A stretch of 46,362 nucleotides of DNA from a virus (Duplodnaviria; Caudoviricetes). The stretch spans positions 1 to 46,362 of the IMG/VR virus record IMGVR_UViG_3300022217_000001; one strand, 5' to 3'. Below the pieces are notes generated by a model, which saw only the letters and a list, made by a program, of their open reading frames with translations, was not told where the DNA came from and did not search any database. Shown one piece after another: positions 34,516-43,981 of this stretch; position 1 is the first letter of the stretch, and each line of letters begins with the position of its first letter. A program made the translations under genes and the position numbers.

Positions 34516-35469
34516 TTAAATACCTGTTAAGAATGCGCAAGCAATTGGATATCTCACAACAACACCACCGTTTCTTGAATGACCGTTTACGATAAACTCA
34601 AGACCACGAGTTTCAACCGGCATCAAAGTCAACTCTTTTGGAATCCTTTGCTCAAGAACTTCCGGCGTTCTCTCGTAAAATACACCACCATCCTCTGTTC
34701 CACCAGTAAAGGCTAAATCAAGTTCACCATTCAAAACAGCGATTGTATCAATTCCATAGGCTTCGCGATTATTAAGGATATATTGAAGGATTGTTGTATC
34801 GCTCGTTGTGCTTCTTGGCGTGCCAGCAATGATATCGTATTGAGCTTGCGGCAGCAAAAGGGTATTAGCCTCAAAAATACCTTTTGAGGTATCCCTTATT
34901 TGAGAAGTTGCAAGCCTGATATCGTTCAGAATTTCATCAGGGCTTTTTACTGACCAGGGAATACCGGTTGATCCGGTAGGCGCAGGAATTACCGGGATGT
35001 TGGGATTTGTCAAAAATCCTTGCAGTCCTGAATCTGGATCACCAGTCCAGGCTATGCGATTTTCCTTCTCTCTCAATCCCCTTCTTTGAGCATCAGCTTT
35101 CATTGTTTCAAGAGGCACACCAGCCATTGAAGCTGCTTCGATTTCCTGGACATTCCAACCGACAGCAATACCCAATGATTTGACTGGCTGTGTAAATTCC
35201 TTGCCGAATACATCAGCTCTCGGAAGATCATCTGACCAGTTAGCAATGATTTGCGCCATACCAACCTTATCAAACATTCTGTATGTGATTGTTTCGGCTC
35301 CGGCCGAATCTCTATTGCTTACAGGGATAAGCTCCCTATATTTAAGCTCTCTTTTCTTAAAATCGTAGAGCCGTGATTCAATGCTTTCAAGTTCCCTTGC
35401 AAAGAAGACACTTGCATTAGGCGTGATAGCATCAAGTTTTTCTTTAACGCCATTATCCATTCGTATCAT
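34516..35469 (-). CDS. Major capsid protein (DUF2184, HK97 fold)
   Basis: FFARELE.IE, DDLPRAD, IAWTGD...L.G.L..P, GGVVVRYP. Confidence 0.9.
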   Translation of the reverse strand: MIRMDNGVKEKLDAITPNASVFFARELESIESRLYDFKKRELKYRELIPVSNRDSAGAETITYRMFDKVGMAQIIANWSDDLPRADVFGKEFTQPVKSLGIAVGWNVQEIEAASMAGVPLETMKADAQRRGLREKENRIAWTGDPDSGLQGFLTNPNIPVIPAPTGSTGIPWSVKSPDEILNDIRLATSQIRDTSKGIFEANTLLLPQAQYDIIAGTPRSTTSDTTILQYILNNREAYGIDTIAVLNGELDLAFTGGTEDGGVFYERTPEVLEQRIPKELTLMPVETRGLEFIVNGHSRNGGVVVRYPIACAFLTGI

Positions 35470-35491
35470 AATAAATTCTCCTTAATTTTAA

Positions 35492-36274
35492 TTATGGCAA
35501 GTTAATGTCAACAATTGCCAGTTCACCCGCATTCGCTGCCAGAACATAGGACGCATTAGGCAAGGCAGAAGCGTCACTGCCATCAGCATCACTTCTTGCT
35601 GCGCCAAGTTGCTCACCGGCTCCGGCTACATGTCTAATAAAGACCTGCCCGCCATCGGCAACCGCATCCTCGACCTGAACATAAACGCGGCCTCTTTTTA
35701 GAATACTAACCGCACTCTGAGGATTATATCCAAGTCCCTCACCAGAAAGTGCATTCTCAACGGCCTGAGTATGTAGAGCAAATCCCTGGGCAGTCCGTGG
35801 ATTAGTAACATCGGTTGCAAGCTGTGGTAGATGTACAAGCTTTCTATCACCTACCTGCTGACCTGCATCATTAAGCGAAACAAACACACCAAAAGGTATA
35901 CTTGCCTCGTTTAAGATAATATCTGCAATCGTAACGTTAGCCGTTGCAGCATAAGTAAATCCGGTTCCTGACTCATCGGCATCAATCAAGATTTTATCCG
36001 TCGAACTACCTGCCCTCGCCGTGACCGGTTCTGATCCTGCATTAATCTGTACAATCAAGGCGGCTGCAATCAAATCTTTCGTTCCTACAGCAGCAAGTTC
36101 TGTAAATGCTGTACCATTGATTGTTACAGTAGTATTTGTACTATCAAGAGTCACCGTTACTTCGATTTGCTGCTTGCTGTTGTTTATACCTGTTATTACA
36201 TCATGAAAACCTGAGTCTGCAGGCATCCCCGGCATACCGATTTCCATACTTTCTTCAACACTTGTTTGTGGCAT
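35492..36274 (-). CDS. Capsid decoration/cement protein with an inserted domain
   Basis: IPFGVFV, VSILKRGRVYV; position before the capsid gene. Confidence 0.75.
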   Translation of the reverse strand: MPQTSVEESMEIGMPGMPADSGFHDVITGINNSKQQIEVTVTLDSTNTTVTINGTAFTELAAVGTKDLIAAALIVQINAGSEPVTARAGSSTDKILIDADESGTGFTYAATANVTIADIILNEASIPFGVFVSLNDAGQQVGDRKLVHLPQLATDVTNPRTAQGFALHTQAVENALSGEGLGYNPQSAVSILKRGRVYVQVEDAVADGGQVFIRHVAGAGEQLGAARSDADGSDASALPNASYVLAANAGELAIVDINLP

Positions 36275-36286
36275 GATATTCTCTCC

Positions 36287-37471
36287 TTAATTAGATTTTT
36301 GCCATGCAGCATCAGACTTTTTTATAAATTCCTTCTTTGGGTCTTTTACATCTGCATCTTTTTTGCTTGTTTTGATAAATGAACCAAGCTTTGTATTACC
36401 ATCTTCTTTTTTAGCCGTTTCTACCATTTCGACAACAGCGTCATATCTGGCAGACAGATAATCTTCAGACTTCCCTTCTGCATCGAATTTCCCACCGGAA
36501 GCAGCAGCAATGATTTCATTTCTCAAAGCAACGGTTTCTTTAGAACTGCCATCTTCCTTTTTGGTCTTGACTTCAAGGACTCCGGCAACTTCTTCCATAT
36601 CTGCCCGCGCCTTGATCATTGTCTGAAGCTTGGGAGAATCAGGGCTTGCCAATTCGTCATAATCAGCCTTAAGCTTCTTATTGTCTGACTCAAGTTGATC
36701 ATATTTGGCCTGTAGTTCGTCTTTCCCCTTGGTTGCTGCGGTCATTGCATCTTCATGACCCTTGATGATCTCAACAGCTTCGTCTAGCTTGGTGTCAAGC
36801 ACTTCAATAACCGGGCTTTCCTCAACTTCTCCCGATATTGCATCCATATGAAAACCACCTACATCAATCGCTTTCTTTTTAAATTTCACTTTTACCTCCA
36901 AATTTTTAGATTTATTAATTACTTCCTGTTCTGCATCCATGATCAATTTAACTTCACGTCCGGCCCTGCCTTTCGGCACGATGGAGCCATGATTATACAA
37001 AATATTCGTTTGTATCTTGTCATAATGACCATCTGAATGGTGACTCCCTGGCGTGTCTACAACTTCGGCGTCATAGCCCATAGAAAGCTCAATATCTTCG
37101 CCTCTATCCCATTTAGCAAGGATTTCTTCAACTTCTTTCTTATCAGTAATAACGACTTTACTGGATACAAAATCACCGCGTCTGAATATATTCTCACCAA
37201 CAGAACCAACCTGAACCTGCTTGATATTGGTAGAATCAACCATTTCATGTGGATGTAATTTAGTAATGGGAGCGAATTTTAAGGAATCAAGAGACGATTG
37301 CTTAAAGACTTCTTCGGGGGGGCGTAATTCTCTTACAAGGTTTCCATTTTCATCACGATAATCAAAAACTCCGGCTCTAGTGAGATTTGCATCAGCAACA
37401 AGAAATCCATGAGAAGTAATCTCAAACTTATCATTCTTTCTTGCATCAAGTTTTAGCGTTTCTGTTCTCAA
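36287..37471 (-). CDS. Prohead protease/scaffold (DUF2213)
   Basis: TRAGVFDY, ELRPPEEVF, PIT.LHP, ELSMGY, NH..IV..GRAG; coiled-coil C-terminus. Confidence 0.9.
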   Translation of the reverse strand: MRTETLKLDARKNDKFEITSHGFLVADANLTRAGVFDYRDENGNLVRELRPPEEVFKQSSLDSLKFAPITKLHPHEMVDSTNIKQVQVGSVGENIFRRGDFVSSKVVITDKKEVEEILAKWDRGEDIELSMGYDAEVVDTPGSHHSDGHYDKIQTNILYNHGSIVPKGRAGREVKLIMDAEQEVINKSKNLEVKVKFKKKAIDVGGFHMDAISGEVEESPVIEVLDTKLDEAVEIIKGHEDAMTAATKGKDELQAKYDQLESDNKKLKADYDELASPDSPKLQTMIKARADMEEVAGVLEVKTKKEDGSSKETVALRNEIIAAASGGKFDAEGKSEDYLSARYDAVVEMVETAKKEDGNTKLGSFIKTSKKDADVKDPKKEFIKKSDAAWQKSN

Positions 37472-37480
37472 ATTTACTCC

Positions 37481-37519
37481 AAAAAAAAGCCCGGTTATTC
37501 TCTTTCGAGAACACCGGGC
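37481..37519 (-). terminator. Intrinsic terminator immediately before the RBS of the head protease gene
   Basis: GCCCGG-TG-TTCTC-GAAA-GAGAA-TAA-CCGGGC-T8, then GGAG. Confidence 0.8.
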
Positions 37520-37581
37520 AATTTAAGAAATCCCTAATCAAGGAGGATGAGGGGCTTAATTGATATCCGTTTATTTAATTA

Positions 37582-37728
37582 ATTGATCAGGGGAGGGGTT
37601 TGTCAAGGAGGTATCGAAACCTCATACATGATAATACATGTATTATTTTTACGACATTACGGTCTCCATTTACTTGAATAGTTCCACCTCATAAACCGTT
37701 CCATGTCTAACTCATGGCCCTGATCAAT
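37582..37728 (-). ncRNA. Candidate multibranch structured RNA
   Basis: 11-bp closing stem ATTGATCAGGG/CCCTGATCAAT; internal CCATG/CATGG, ACGGT/ACCGT and GAGGT/ACCTC stems. Confidence 0.5.
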
Positions 37729-37868
37729 CAAACTTCTGTTTCTTTAAAGAACTTCATGGCACGTATGCCACCTTGATTAAACGTCAAGCGGATATTTACC
37801 TCACCGCTATACTTGCTTTTTACTAACCGAGTTAATAACTCTTTAATTAATAAGTATTTTTGTATCAA
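37728..37868 (-). CDS. 46-aa DUF2292/YezD-like peptide
   Basis: Manual translation from TTG: MIQKYLLIKELLTRLVKSKYSGEVNIRLTFNQGGIRAMKFFKETEV. Confidence 0.5.
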   Translation of the reverse strand: MIQKYLLIKELLTRLVKSKYSGEVNIRLTFNQGGIRAMKFFKETEV

Positions 37869-37875
37869 TAATCTA

Positions 37876-37905
37876 CCTATAGCATAATTTAAAGTTATTT
37901 GTCAA
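37876..37905 (-). promoter_or_regulatory. Putative late promoter
   Basis: TTGACA-18-TATAGG with a TGn extension and an A-tract upstream. Confidence 0.55.
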
Positions 37906-37949
37906 TTTTTTTTATTTCTTGCTCAATATATACATTCATTTGATTTCCT

Positions 37950-38759
37950 TTATTCAAAATCATCCAATACAGGAATTGCCCTACATCTGCATTGTATCGG
38001 TTCCCCTGGGTGCCCGTCCGAAGGGGGATCACTCCATTTGAACTTCTTCCCGTCTCTTCTCCTATGCTCCGGTCGAACTCTTTCATCCCTCGATGTTGAC
38101 CATATATATTCTTCCACCCCTAAAGTTGTCTGTCTTAGCTCGGTAAGTTTGCCTAGAAATTTATTTGTCTGATCCCTGGCGATAAGCTTAGCCCGGTTTT
38201 TAGCAACTCCCAGTTCATTTATGACAATTTTCTCCAATTCCTTTGAAGAAAAGCCCCGCTCTATTCCAACCCTCAATTTTGATTCAATTCTTTGTAATGA
38301 TTCTTCAGGTATATCGGTTATGAGGGCAACATTGTTTTCAACAAATGAATCAATTTGAGGCTGTAAAAAGGGCTCATTAATTATCGGATCAAGGCCAAGC
38401 ACTGTTTTAATCTGCCGGTTGAATTGCTTTTTATCGAAATCAGATATTGACTGCGCCTGGGTATCTGCAATATTGCGCCTTCCGGTATCCGTCATCTGGA
38501 TAGCTATGCCTATTTTGATATCATCAATAGCCTTGGTTAAAGTCTGTCCGTAAGTTTGATCTAATTTTACATCAACTCTAACTTCACTTTTAAATTGCTC
38601 TACAATGTCCGATAATCCAGGAATAAGCCTTTCTCTTATATCTGTAAAATAAGGCGTTAAAAATCTATTTAGCGTTCTAAAATAAGAAAACTCAAGGGTG
38701 CGACCTTCTGCTTGTCTGGGTACTTTTTTATTTGATGGTAATTTAACGCCGGTTGCCAT
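37950..38759 (-). CDS. Minor head protein (Mu gpF/SPP1 gp7)
   Basis: RAKLIARDQ, YIWSTSRDERVR..H, HPG.PIQCRC. Confidence 0.92.
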   Translation of the reverse strand: MATGVKLPSNKKVPRQAEGRTLEFSYFRTLNRFLTPYFTDIRERLIPGLSDIVEQFKSEVRVDVKLDQTYGQTLTKAIDDIKIGIAIQMTDTGRRNIADTQAQSISDFDKKQFNRQIKTVLGLDPIINEPFLQPQIDSFVENNVALITDIPEESLQRIESKLRVGIERGFSSKELEKIVINELGVAKNRAKLIARDQTNKFLGKLTELRQTTLGVEEYIWSTSRDERVRPEHRRRDGKKFKWSDPPSDGHPGEPIQCRCRAIPVLDDFE

Positions 38760-39013
38760 TATTCTCCACCCATAGACATTTTGTACTGATCAATAAGCCC
38801 GAGCTTATCAAGTACATTCTGACAAGCCTCAAACCTGTAATTATTGGTCAATGCCAATCGCTTATTCTCACGCTCCATGTGTGCAATCATTATTTGCTGA
38901 TCCTGGAAGACTCTATGATACTGACTCGACCCTAGCCAATGGCCAAAACTCAAAACTAACAGCATAAACGAGGTTGTTATCATAAGGGCTATTGTATAAA
39001 GAAGGGGTTTCAC
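38759..39013 (-). CDS. Small membrane-anchored protein
   Basis: N-terminal TM helix; coupled between portal and gpF. Confidence 0.55.
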   Translation of the reverse strand: MKPLLYTIALMITTSFMLLVLSFGHWLGSSQYHRVFQDQQIMIAHMERENKRLALTNNYRFEACQNVLDKLGLIDQYKMSMGGE

Positions 39014-39015
39014 TT

Positions 39016-40386
39016 CTATTCTTCCTCCATTTTCACCTCTTCAATTTCCCCCATCTCCTCCCTGGTTTCGATATCAAGTTTAGTATCCACTGAAAAGCCA
39101 TCTTCAGGAAAGCGGCTTTCTGCTATTTCTTCCCCAAACAGTATACCAGAATCAGCATAGTTTTTGTCAGCCTTAGACATGATTTCCCGCGTTTCAGCTT
39201 TCTCTTTTTCGCTCGGTTGCCATAATGGATTAAATTCAACATCCCATGATTCAGGTTCATTTCCTGAAGTTGGGCCATTTCGTGACTTGAGAATAAGAGT
39301 GATAAGTCTCTCCAAAGGTGATTCAAGCTTATCTTTTTGAAATGCACTTACTCGATCATAATAGCCCCTGGTATCTTCCTCAGCCCCGGCCTTAGTCGTT
39401 CCTATCTGTTGACCAAACAATCTTGTCTTAGGAATATTTGAAGCCCCGGCCATGATATCGATATAAAGTCCAACAAGATCAACAAAGCCTTGAATGGGCG
39501 TTTGTATTTTCGTGAATGATTCTTTAGAGCCATCCTTGCCATCAGTAAGCACTATTCCCATATTAGACAGGTTTGCAATAGCTGCTCTCATTCTCACTTG
39601 CAAGACCGATCTTCCTTCAGTCGTTTGCATAAGGTCTTGTACATTCTCTATCTGCAAGACCTTGGTTACAAAATCCAGAAACAATTGAGCGCCTGTTTGC
39701 AGCGATATACCAAAGCTTTTTAACGCGTCCTGAAGGGCAATTAAAATTGAATCATCCCATCCATCGTTGTTGATACGGTCTTGTTCTGTCAGTCTGGCAC
39801 CATCAAACCTAAGTACCCGGCTGGCATGTATGGTTTTTTGTGATTGACTGCCTTTCCGAGGGGTGAGTTTATAAAGTTCCGGTTCTCCAAAATTGGGCTG
39901 CAAGGGGTCATCAAAGGTTGACTCAATGACAACTTGCCACCTGTCCATTAAAGTCAAAAACTGTATATCACTTATGTTGTTTTCATCTAATGGTTCCTCT
40001 GGTCCCCCTGAATCAATGGCACCGATAATAACAATAGAGCCGCCATATAATCTCGAATCAGTTAGAGCGTTTTTGAATCTCTCTTTAGCTTTGAGCTCTT
40101 TAAGTTTGGTAGTTATTGCTGTAACAATGTCTTCATCTTCTGTCGTAAAATCTATCCATTCTCGCGTTGCATCTTCTGGAATGACTTCTATTATTTTTCG
40201 GCTCATCCAATCAAACCTATACATGGCCTCAAGTTCTTGCTGCCCGAACACCGTGCCAAGCTTAAAGCCTGTTTGAACGTAAGGATCCCTGGATGTACCC
40301 ATCATATTGGCAATATTAGCATAAGCATCACATTTTGCCGCCGCTACAGCAGCATCTATTCTGGATTGTACTTCATCTTTTCCCAT
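39016..40386 (-). CDS. Portal protein (DUF1073)
   Basis: P.DATREW, SRLYGG, IHASR.L.F.G, IP.TRLFG, FNPLWQ. Confidence 0.9.
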   Translation of the reverse strand: MGKDEVQSRIDAAVAAAKCDAYANIANMMGTSRDPYVQTGFKLGTVFGQQELEAMYRFDWMSRKIIEVIPEDATREWIDFTTEDEDIVTAITTKLKELKAKERFKNALTDSRLYGGSIVIIGAIDSGGPEEPLDENNISDIQFLTLMDRWQVVIESTFDDPLQPNFGEPELYKLTPRKGSQSQKTIHASRVLRFDGARLTEQDRINNDGWDDSILIALQDALKSFGISLQTGAQLFLDFVTKVLQIENVQDLMQTTEGRSVLQVRMRAAIANLSNMGIVLTDGKDGSKESFTKIQTPIQGFVDLVGLYIDIMAGASNIPKTRLFGQQIGTTKAGAEEDTRGYYDRVSAFQKDKLESPLERLITLILKSRNGPTSGNEPESWDVEFNPLWQPSEKEKAETREIMSKADKNYADSGILFGEEIAESRFPEDGFSVDTKLDIETREEMGEIEEVKMEEE

Positions 40387-40394
40387 ATTATCTC

Positions 40395-42863
40395 CTAACA
40401 TTTACCAGCCATGATTTCAGCTAATGTTAAATTTTGTTCCATGTGTTGAGCCATTGCAGTGATGTCTACGTCTTCATCATGGGCAGCATTTGGAAATTTA
40501 ACTAAACTCGTTTCATATTTTGCTTTATATGGAGCATCTCTATGTATAAAGACACGTTCATTTTGAAAATATGTTGCCATTGGTGTGGCTCTGGCGTATT
40601 TGTCTAAACCCTCTGTAGGTATTTCCTTAAATGGTATCTTAACACCGCCTACTGAGTCATTACCAGCAGATTGTTTAACTAAGACTTTCCCAAGCTTCTC
40701 ATTCTCAATTCCAATGCTTGTACATCTGTTTTTAAAGGCAAAGAGTTTTATCCTTCCCATTATCTTTTGATGCTCAATGCGTTCGTTGATTCTGTCTAAT
40801 AATACCCATACTCGTTCTTTTCTGGAATAACCCCATGCTGCCATCCCTGTAGGATCATTGCTTGTCTTTATCTCAATAGCCGGGTCAACATATACATGCC
40901 TTATTAATTCCCGGCTTTTTAACCTTAACGGCTCTTCAATGTCTTTACGCCAGCAGAGTATATCAGATGTCATTTTATCGATAGTGTAATATCTGAAATC
41001 TTCCGTCTTAAATAGATTGCCTCCTATTGCTACCGGGTCACCATCGAATAAAGCCGCCCATTCATAAGGCCCAACCATTTTTTTAATATGATTTAATCGC
41101 TCTTCGTTGTAGCGCCAAGGCCACAAGGCCTCTCCTGGCTCTCTGCCTAGAATATCGTTTTCTTTAGCTAATGCAGTTAAAACAATGTGCTGTAAATCAT
41201 AGGGGCTATCATCTCCTAATTCTTTATGCTGAGCTAATATTCTGCCTACCAAATCATCATCATGCCACCGGGTAGCAAATAAAAAAACCACTCCCCCCGG
41301 ATGTATACGAGTCCCGGCTACACTCTCCCACCATGTCCAATTTGATTCACGTTCACCTAATGATTCTGCTTGCTTACGGGTTTTGTGATAATCATCAATA
41401 AATAAAACATCAGCCCCAAAACCTGACGCGCCTCCCTCCATCCCAACTGCAAGCACTTCGCCGCCTTCTTCAGTCTGCCATAAACCACGGCTAAAGACTT
41501 TTTTACTTGGATGAGTATTCCAAAGTATTGGCCCCCATTTTTGAAAAATATCACGGCCTTTAGAACTATGATTCTCGGCCAATGTAGCGGCATATGCTGT
41601 AATGATGATTTTAAGTTTTGGAAAGTTGCCCAGTAGAAAAGGTGGGGCATGAATGGGGAATTGTTCTGAATTATGCGTAGGGATTAATGTTTTACCTACT
41701 AAATAAAGACCATCTTTGGAGTCTACCTGTATACACTTGCCTTTGTATCCCCGAGAGTCAACAGAAATACTCTTTATGCCTATTTTTCGCCTCAGAGCAT
41801 GACATTTTATTTCTTTACGTTTCAATGCTACTGGTATTTTACAAGTAGGCTGAAATCCTACTGTATAAACATTTTGTCTTCCAATAATCCCAGATGTAGA
41901 AATTATTGGTTTCTGCATTGTTATATATGGCCTCCATCCAAGCGACATTGCTACATCTTTGATATCTTCTGCAAGCATCAACGATACTGTCACAATCCTG
42001 ACTCGGCCCGTCTCTTTTTCTACATGACCATCTGTATCTATTAATCCAGCCATTAATTCCAGCCTATCATTTTTGTTTGTATATTTATAATTGTCCGGTA
42101 TGAATTTTCCTTTATTTACATTAATAGATTTCAGAGCATTCCAGAACTTACCACCTACCCCGACTTTGCCACCAAAAGAAGTCATGCATACTCCTGTGAT
42201 TTTATGTATCCATTTCGCTGATATTGTGTAGCCAAGGGAACTTATTTTATTTATAATCGCTTGATCTTCTTTGGCATGAGTGATGCACGGCTTTGTTGTT
42301 GAGCCATCACCCAACCAAGCACCTAAAGCATAGGGATGTAGAAGATGTTTTCGCGAGGGGAATTCAAGACATTCAATATCCTGAACTTGATATCGGCATC
42401 TTTCTTTGTATGGCGGCTTCATGTGAGCCGTCTCTAATGTTTTCCATGTTCGACGGTGCTCTATAACAGTCCATTCATGATTTCCATGGCAATAAATTAT
42501 TTCACCATTTGTGAATTCAACTTTATAATCTGCTTTGCCTGGGGAACTCAGAGCTAAAACTTTAATTGCTTTGCCGTATGGAGAAAACACATAATCACCA
42601 ACTTTGATTTCTCCATGTGTTTTCCAGCCATTTATAGTCAATACTGGAATGTGGTCAGCTATCAATTTTCCATGTCTGGGAGGGCCATGTACGATCAATA
42701 CCTTGATCTTATTGGTCCTCTTATGAAACGTCTCCATGAATATTTCAGAGACTTTCCTCAAATATCCAGGGCTTTTAAATCCCGATATTAACTTAGGAAA
42801 TAACCATAAATTATCACGGGCTAAGGCTGCAAACTCTTTTATTGTCGGTTTACGTTCAATCAG
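40395..42863 (-). CDS. terL: Terminase large subunit with intein
   Basis: PPRHGK|S Walker A, VLFIDD Walker B, TRWH.DD, YVDPA, HDEDVD; frame open to 42863. Confidence 0.92.
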   Translation of the reverse strand: MIERKPTIKEFAALARDNLWLFPKLISGFKSPGYLRKVSEIFMETFHKRTNKIKVLIVHGPPRHGKLIADHIPVLTINGWKTHGEIKVGDYVFSPYGKAIKVLALSSPGKADYKVEFTNGEIIYCHGNHEWTVIEHRRTWKTLETAHMKPPYKERCRYQVQDIECLEFPSRKHLLHPYALGAWLGDGSTTKPCITHAKEDQAIINKISSLGYTISAKWIHKITGVCMTSFGGKVGVGGKFWNALKSINVNKGKFIPDNYKYTNKNDRLELMAGLIDTDGHVEKETGRVRIVTVSLMLAEDIKDVAMSLGWRPYITMQKPIISTSGIIGRQNVYTVGFQPTCKIPVALKRKEIKCHALRRKIGIKSISVDSRGYKGKCIQVDSKDGLYLVGKTLIPTHNSEQFPIHAPPFLLGNFPKLKIIITAYAATLAENHSSKGRDIFQKWGPILWNTHPSKKVFSRGLWQTEEGGEVLAVGMEGGASGFGADVLFIDDYHKTRKQAESLGERESNWTWWESVAGTRIHPGGVVFLFATRWHDDDLVGRILAQHKELGDDSPYDLQHIVLTALAKENDILGREPGEALWPWRYNEERLNHIKKMVGPYEWAALFDGDPVAIGGNLFKTEDFRYYTIDKMTSDILCWRKDIEEPLRLKSRELIRHVYVDPAIEIKTSNDPTGMAAWGYSRKERVWVLLDRINERIEHQKIMGRIKLFAFKNRCTSIGIENEKLGKVLVKQSAGNDSVGGVKIPFKEIPTEGLDKYARATPMATYFQNERVFIHRDAPYKAKYETSLVKFPNAAHDEDVDITAMAQHMEQNLTLAEIMAGKC
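41670..42665 (-). mobile_element. Class 3 intein (332 aa) with LAGLIDADG homing endonuclease
   Basis: Starts LIADHIPVLT and ends IPTHN|S; NHEW, KCIQV and THN give the WCT triad; LGAWLGDG and LMAGLIDTDG. Confidence 0.9.
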
Positions 42864-43230
42864 TTAGATCATCCTTGAGCTTTTTATTTAATTCAGGGTT
42901 TGATTCAAGCTGTTTTGCTACAGCATCTAATGGATTGGTTTTTATTTCGCCTATGATATCTCTTTTGTCTCTTTGATCTAAATACTGCTTGCCCAACCAT
43001 ATAAGCATTGTTGTGTTTCCATCCTCAGCAGCTTTCCATTGTTTACGCCTTAGACTCATGCGACCTAAAGCCATACCGTTTTTATAGATACCGCAAAATT
43101 CATCATCTCGCTGCAATGTATCAACACTACAACCAAGAAAATGGGCTATCTCCTCCTGAGTGCACTGTAAATTGGCAAGTTTCCCAACTTGCTCATAATC
43201 TATCTTAAATTTAGGTCTGCCTGCTGGCAT
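42856..43230 (-). CDS. terS: Terminase small subunit
   Basis: MPAGRP, CTQEEIA.FLGCS..TL, SLRRKQ, MLIWLGKQYL.Q. Confidence 0.85.
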   Translation of the reverse strand: MPAGRPKFKIDYEQVGKLANLQCTQEEIAHFLGCSVDTLQRDDEFCGIYKNGMALGRMSLRRKQWKAAEDGNTTMLIWLGKQYLDQRDKRDIIGEIKTNPLDAVAKQLESNPELNKKLKDDLTD

Positions 43231-43931
43231 TATCTCACCCTTTCCACTTCTTTGCCACAAAATGACTCAACATCTTCAATCCACTCTTTATGAAAATCGT
43301 ACATATATTTAGATTCCTCGAATAAATATTGCTCTATCCTTGCACTTGCGGATAAGTTCCCTGATCCTTCGATAATGTAATGATTGTCTTTGGTTTTACA
43401 TAGCAGTATCTTCGTATGATTCCAAGCATAAATAATAGATATGCCGTCCCCTGACGCAGCCTTTAATTCTTCCGATCTTTTTTGCATGCTGTGATTTACA
43501 AATGCTGATACCAGGATAGTCAGTTTGCCTACGCTTTTATTGTCAACTAATTCCCTTAGACCTCTGATGCTTTTGGAATCAACGTTAAATGTTGTTATGT
43601 AACATTCCTCAATTTTTTCATACAATAATATATAACGTAAAATCGCGTATGTGTTAAAGGCTTTCTCTGTGATTATTCTGATTTGTTGGTTGTTTTCAGG
43701 AAGTGAGATCAATTCATCGATTGATTTTATTCTGAGGGCTTGCCTGTCTAGGAATTTAAAATAGGCTTTTCTGTCTTTGATTTGCTTTGCAGTTGCACTC
43801 TTGTTTACAGCGAGGGCTTCATTGTCATCGTTTAGATTAATATCATCCAGAAACGAATCTGAGGTAATATCAAGAGAGCTTAAGTCTAGGCTTAAATCTG
43901 TCAATACTAAATCCTTTTTATATTTTATCAC
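43230..43931 (-). CDS. Phospholipase D-like (HKD) nuclease-fold protein
   Basis: NHTKILL...EGSGNLS...IEQ. Confidence 0.7.
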   Translation of the reverse strand: MIKYKKDLVLTDLSLDLSSLDITSDSFLDDINLNDDNEALAVNKSATAKQIKDRKAYFKFLDRQALRIKSIDELISLPENNQQIRIITEKAFNTYAILRYILLYEKIEECYITTFNVDSKSIRGLRELVDNKSVGKLTILVSAFVNHSMQKRSEELKAASGDGISIIYAWNHTKILLCKTKDNHYIIEGSGNLSASARIEQYLFEESKYMYDFHKEWIEDVESFCGKEVERVR

Positions 43932-43981
43932 TTTCCATATTTTCCTTTTCCATTATCAATCAAATGAGATAATATGTCAAG

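Noticed and set aside
22253-37258. Many plus-strand ORFs opposite the structural genes
   Set aside because: Antisense shadows of well-supported minus-strand genes, with no RBS or family motifs.
39016-40386. Anti-CBASS Acb1 label sometimes attached to DUF1073 proteins
   Set aside because: Position after terL and the motifs indicate a portal; I see no paired HxT phosphoesterase motifs.
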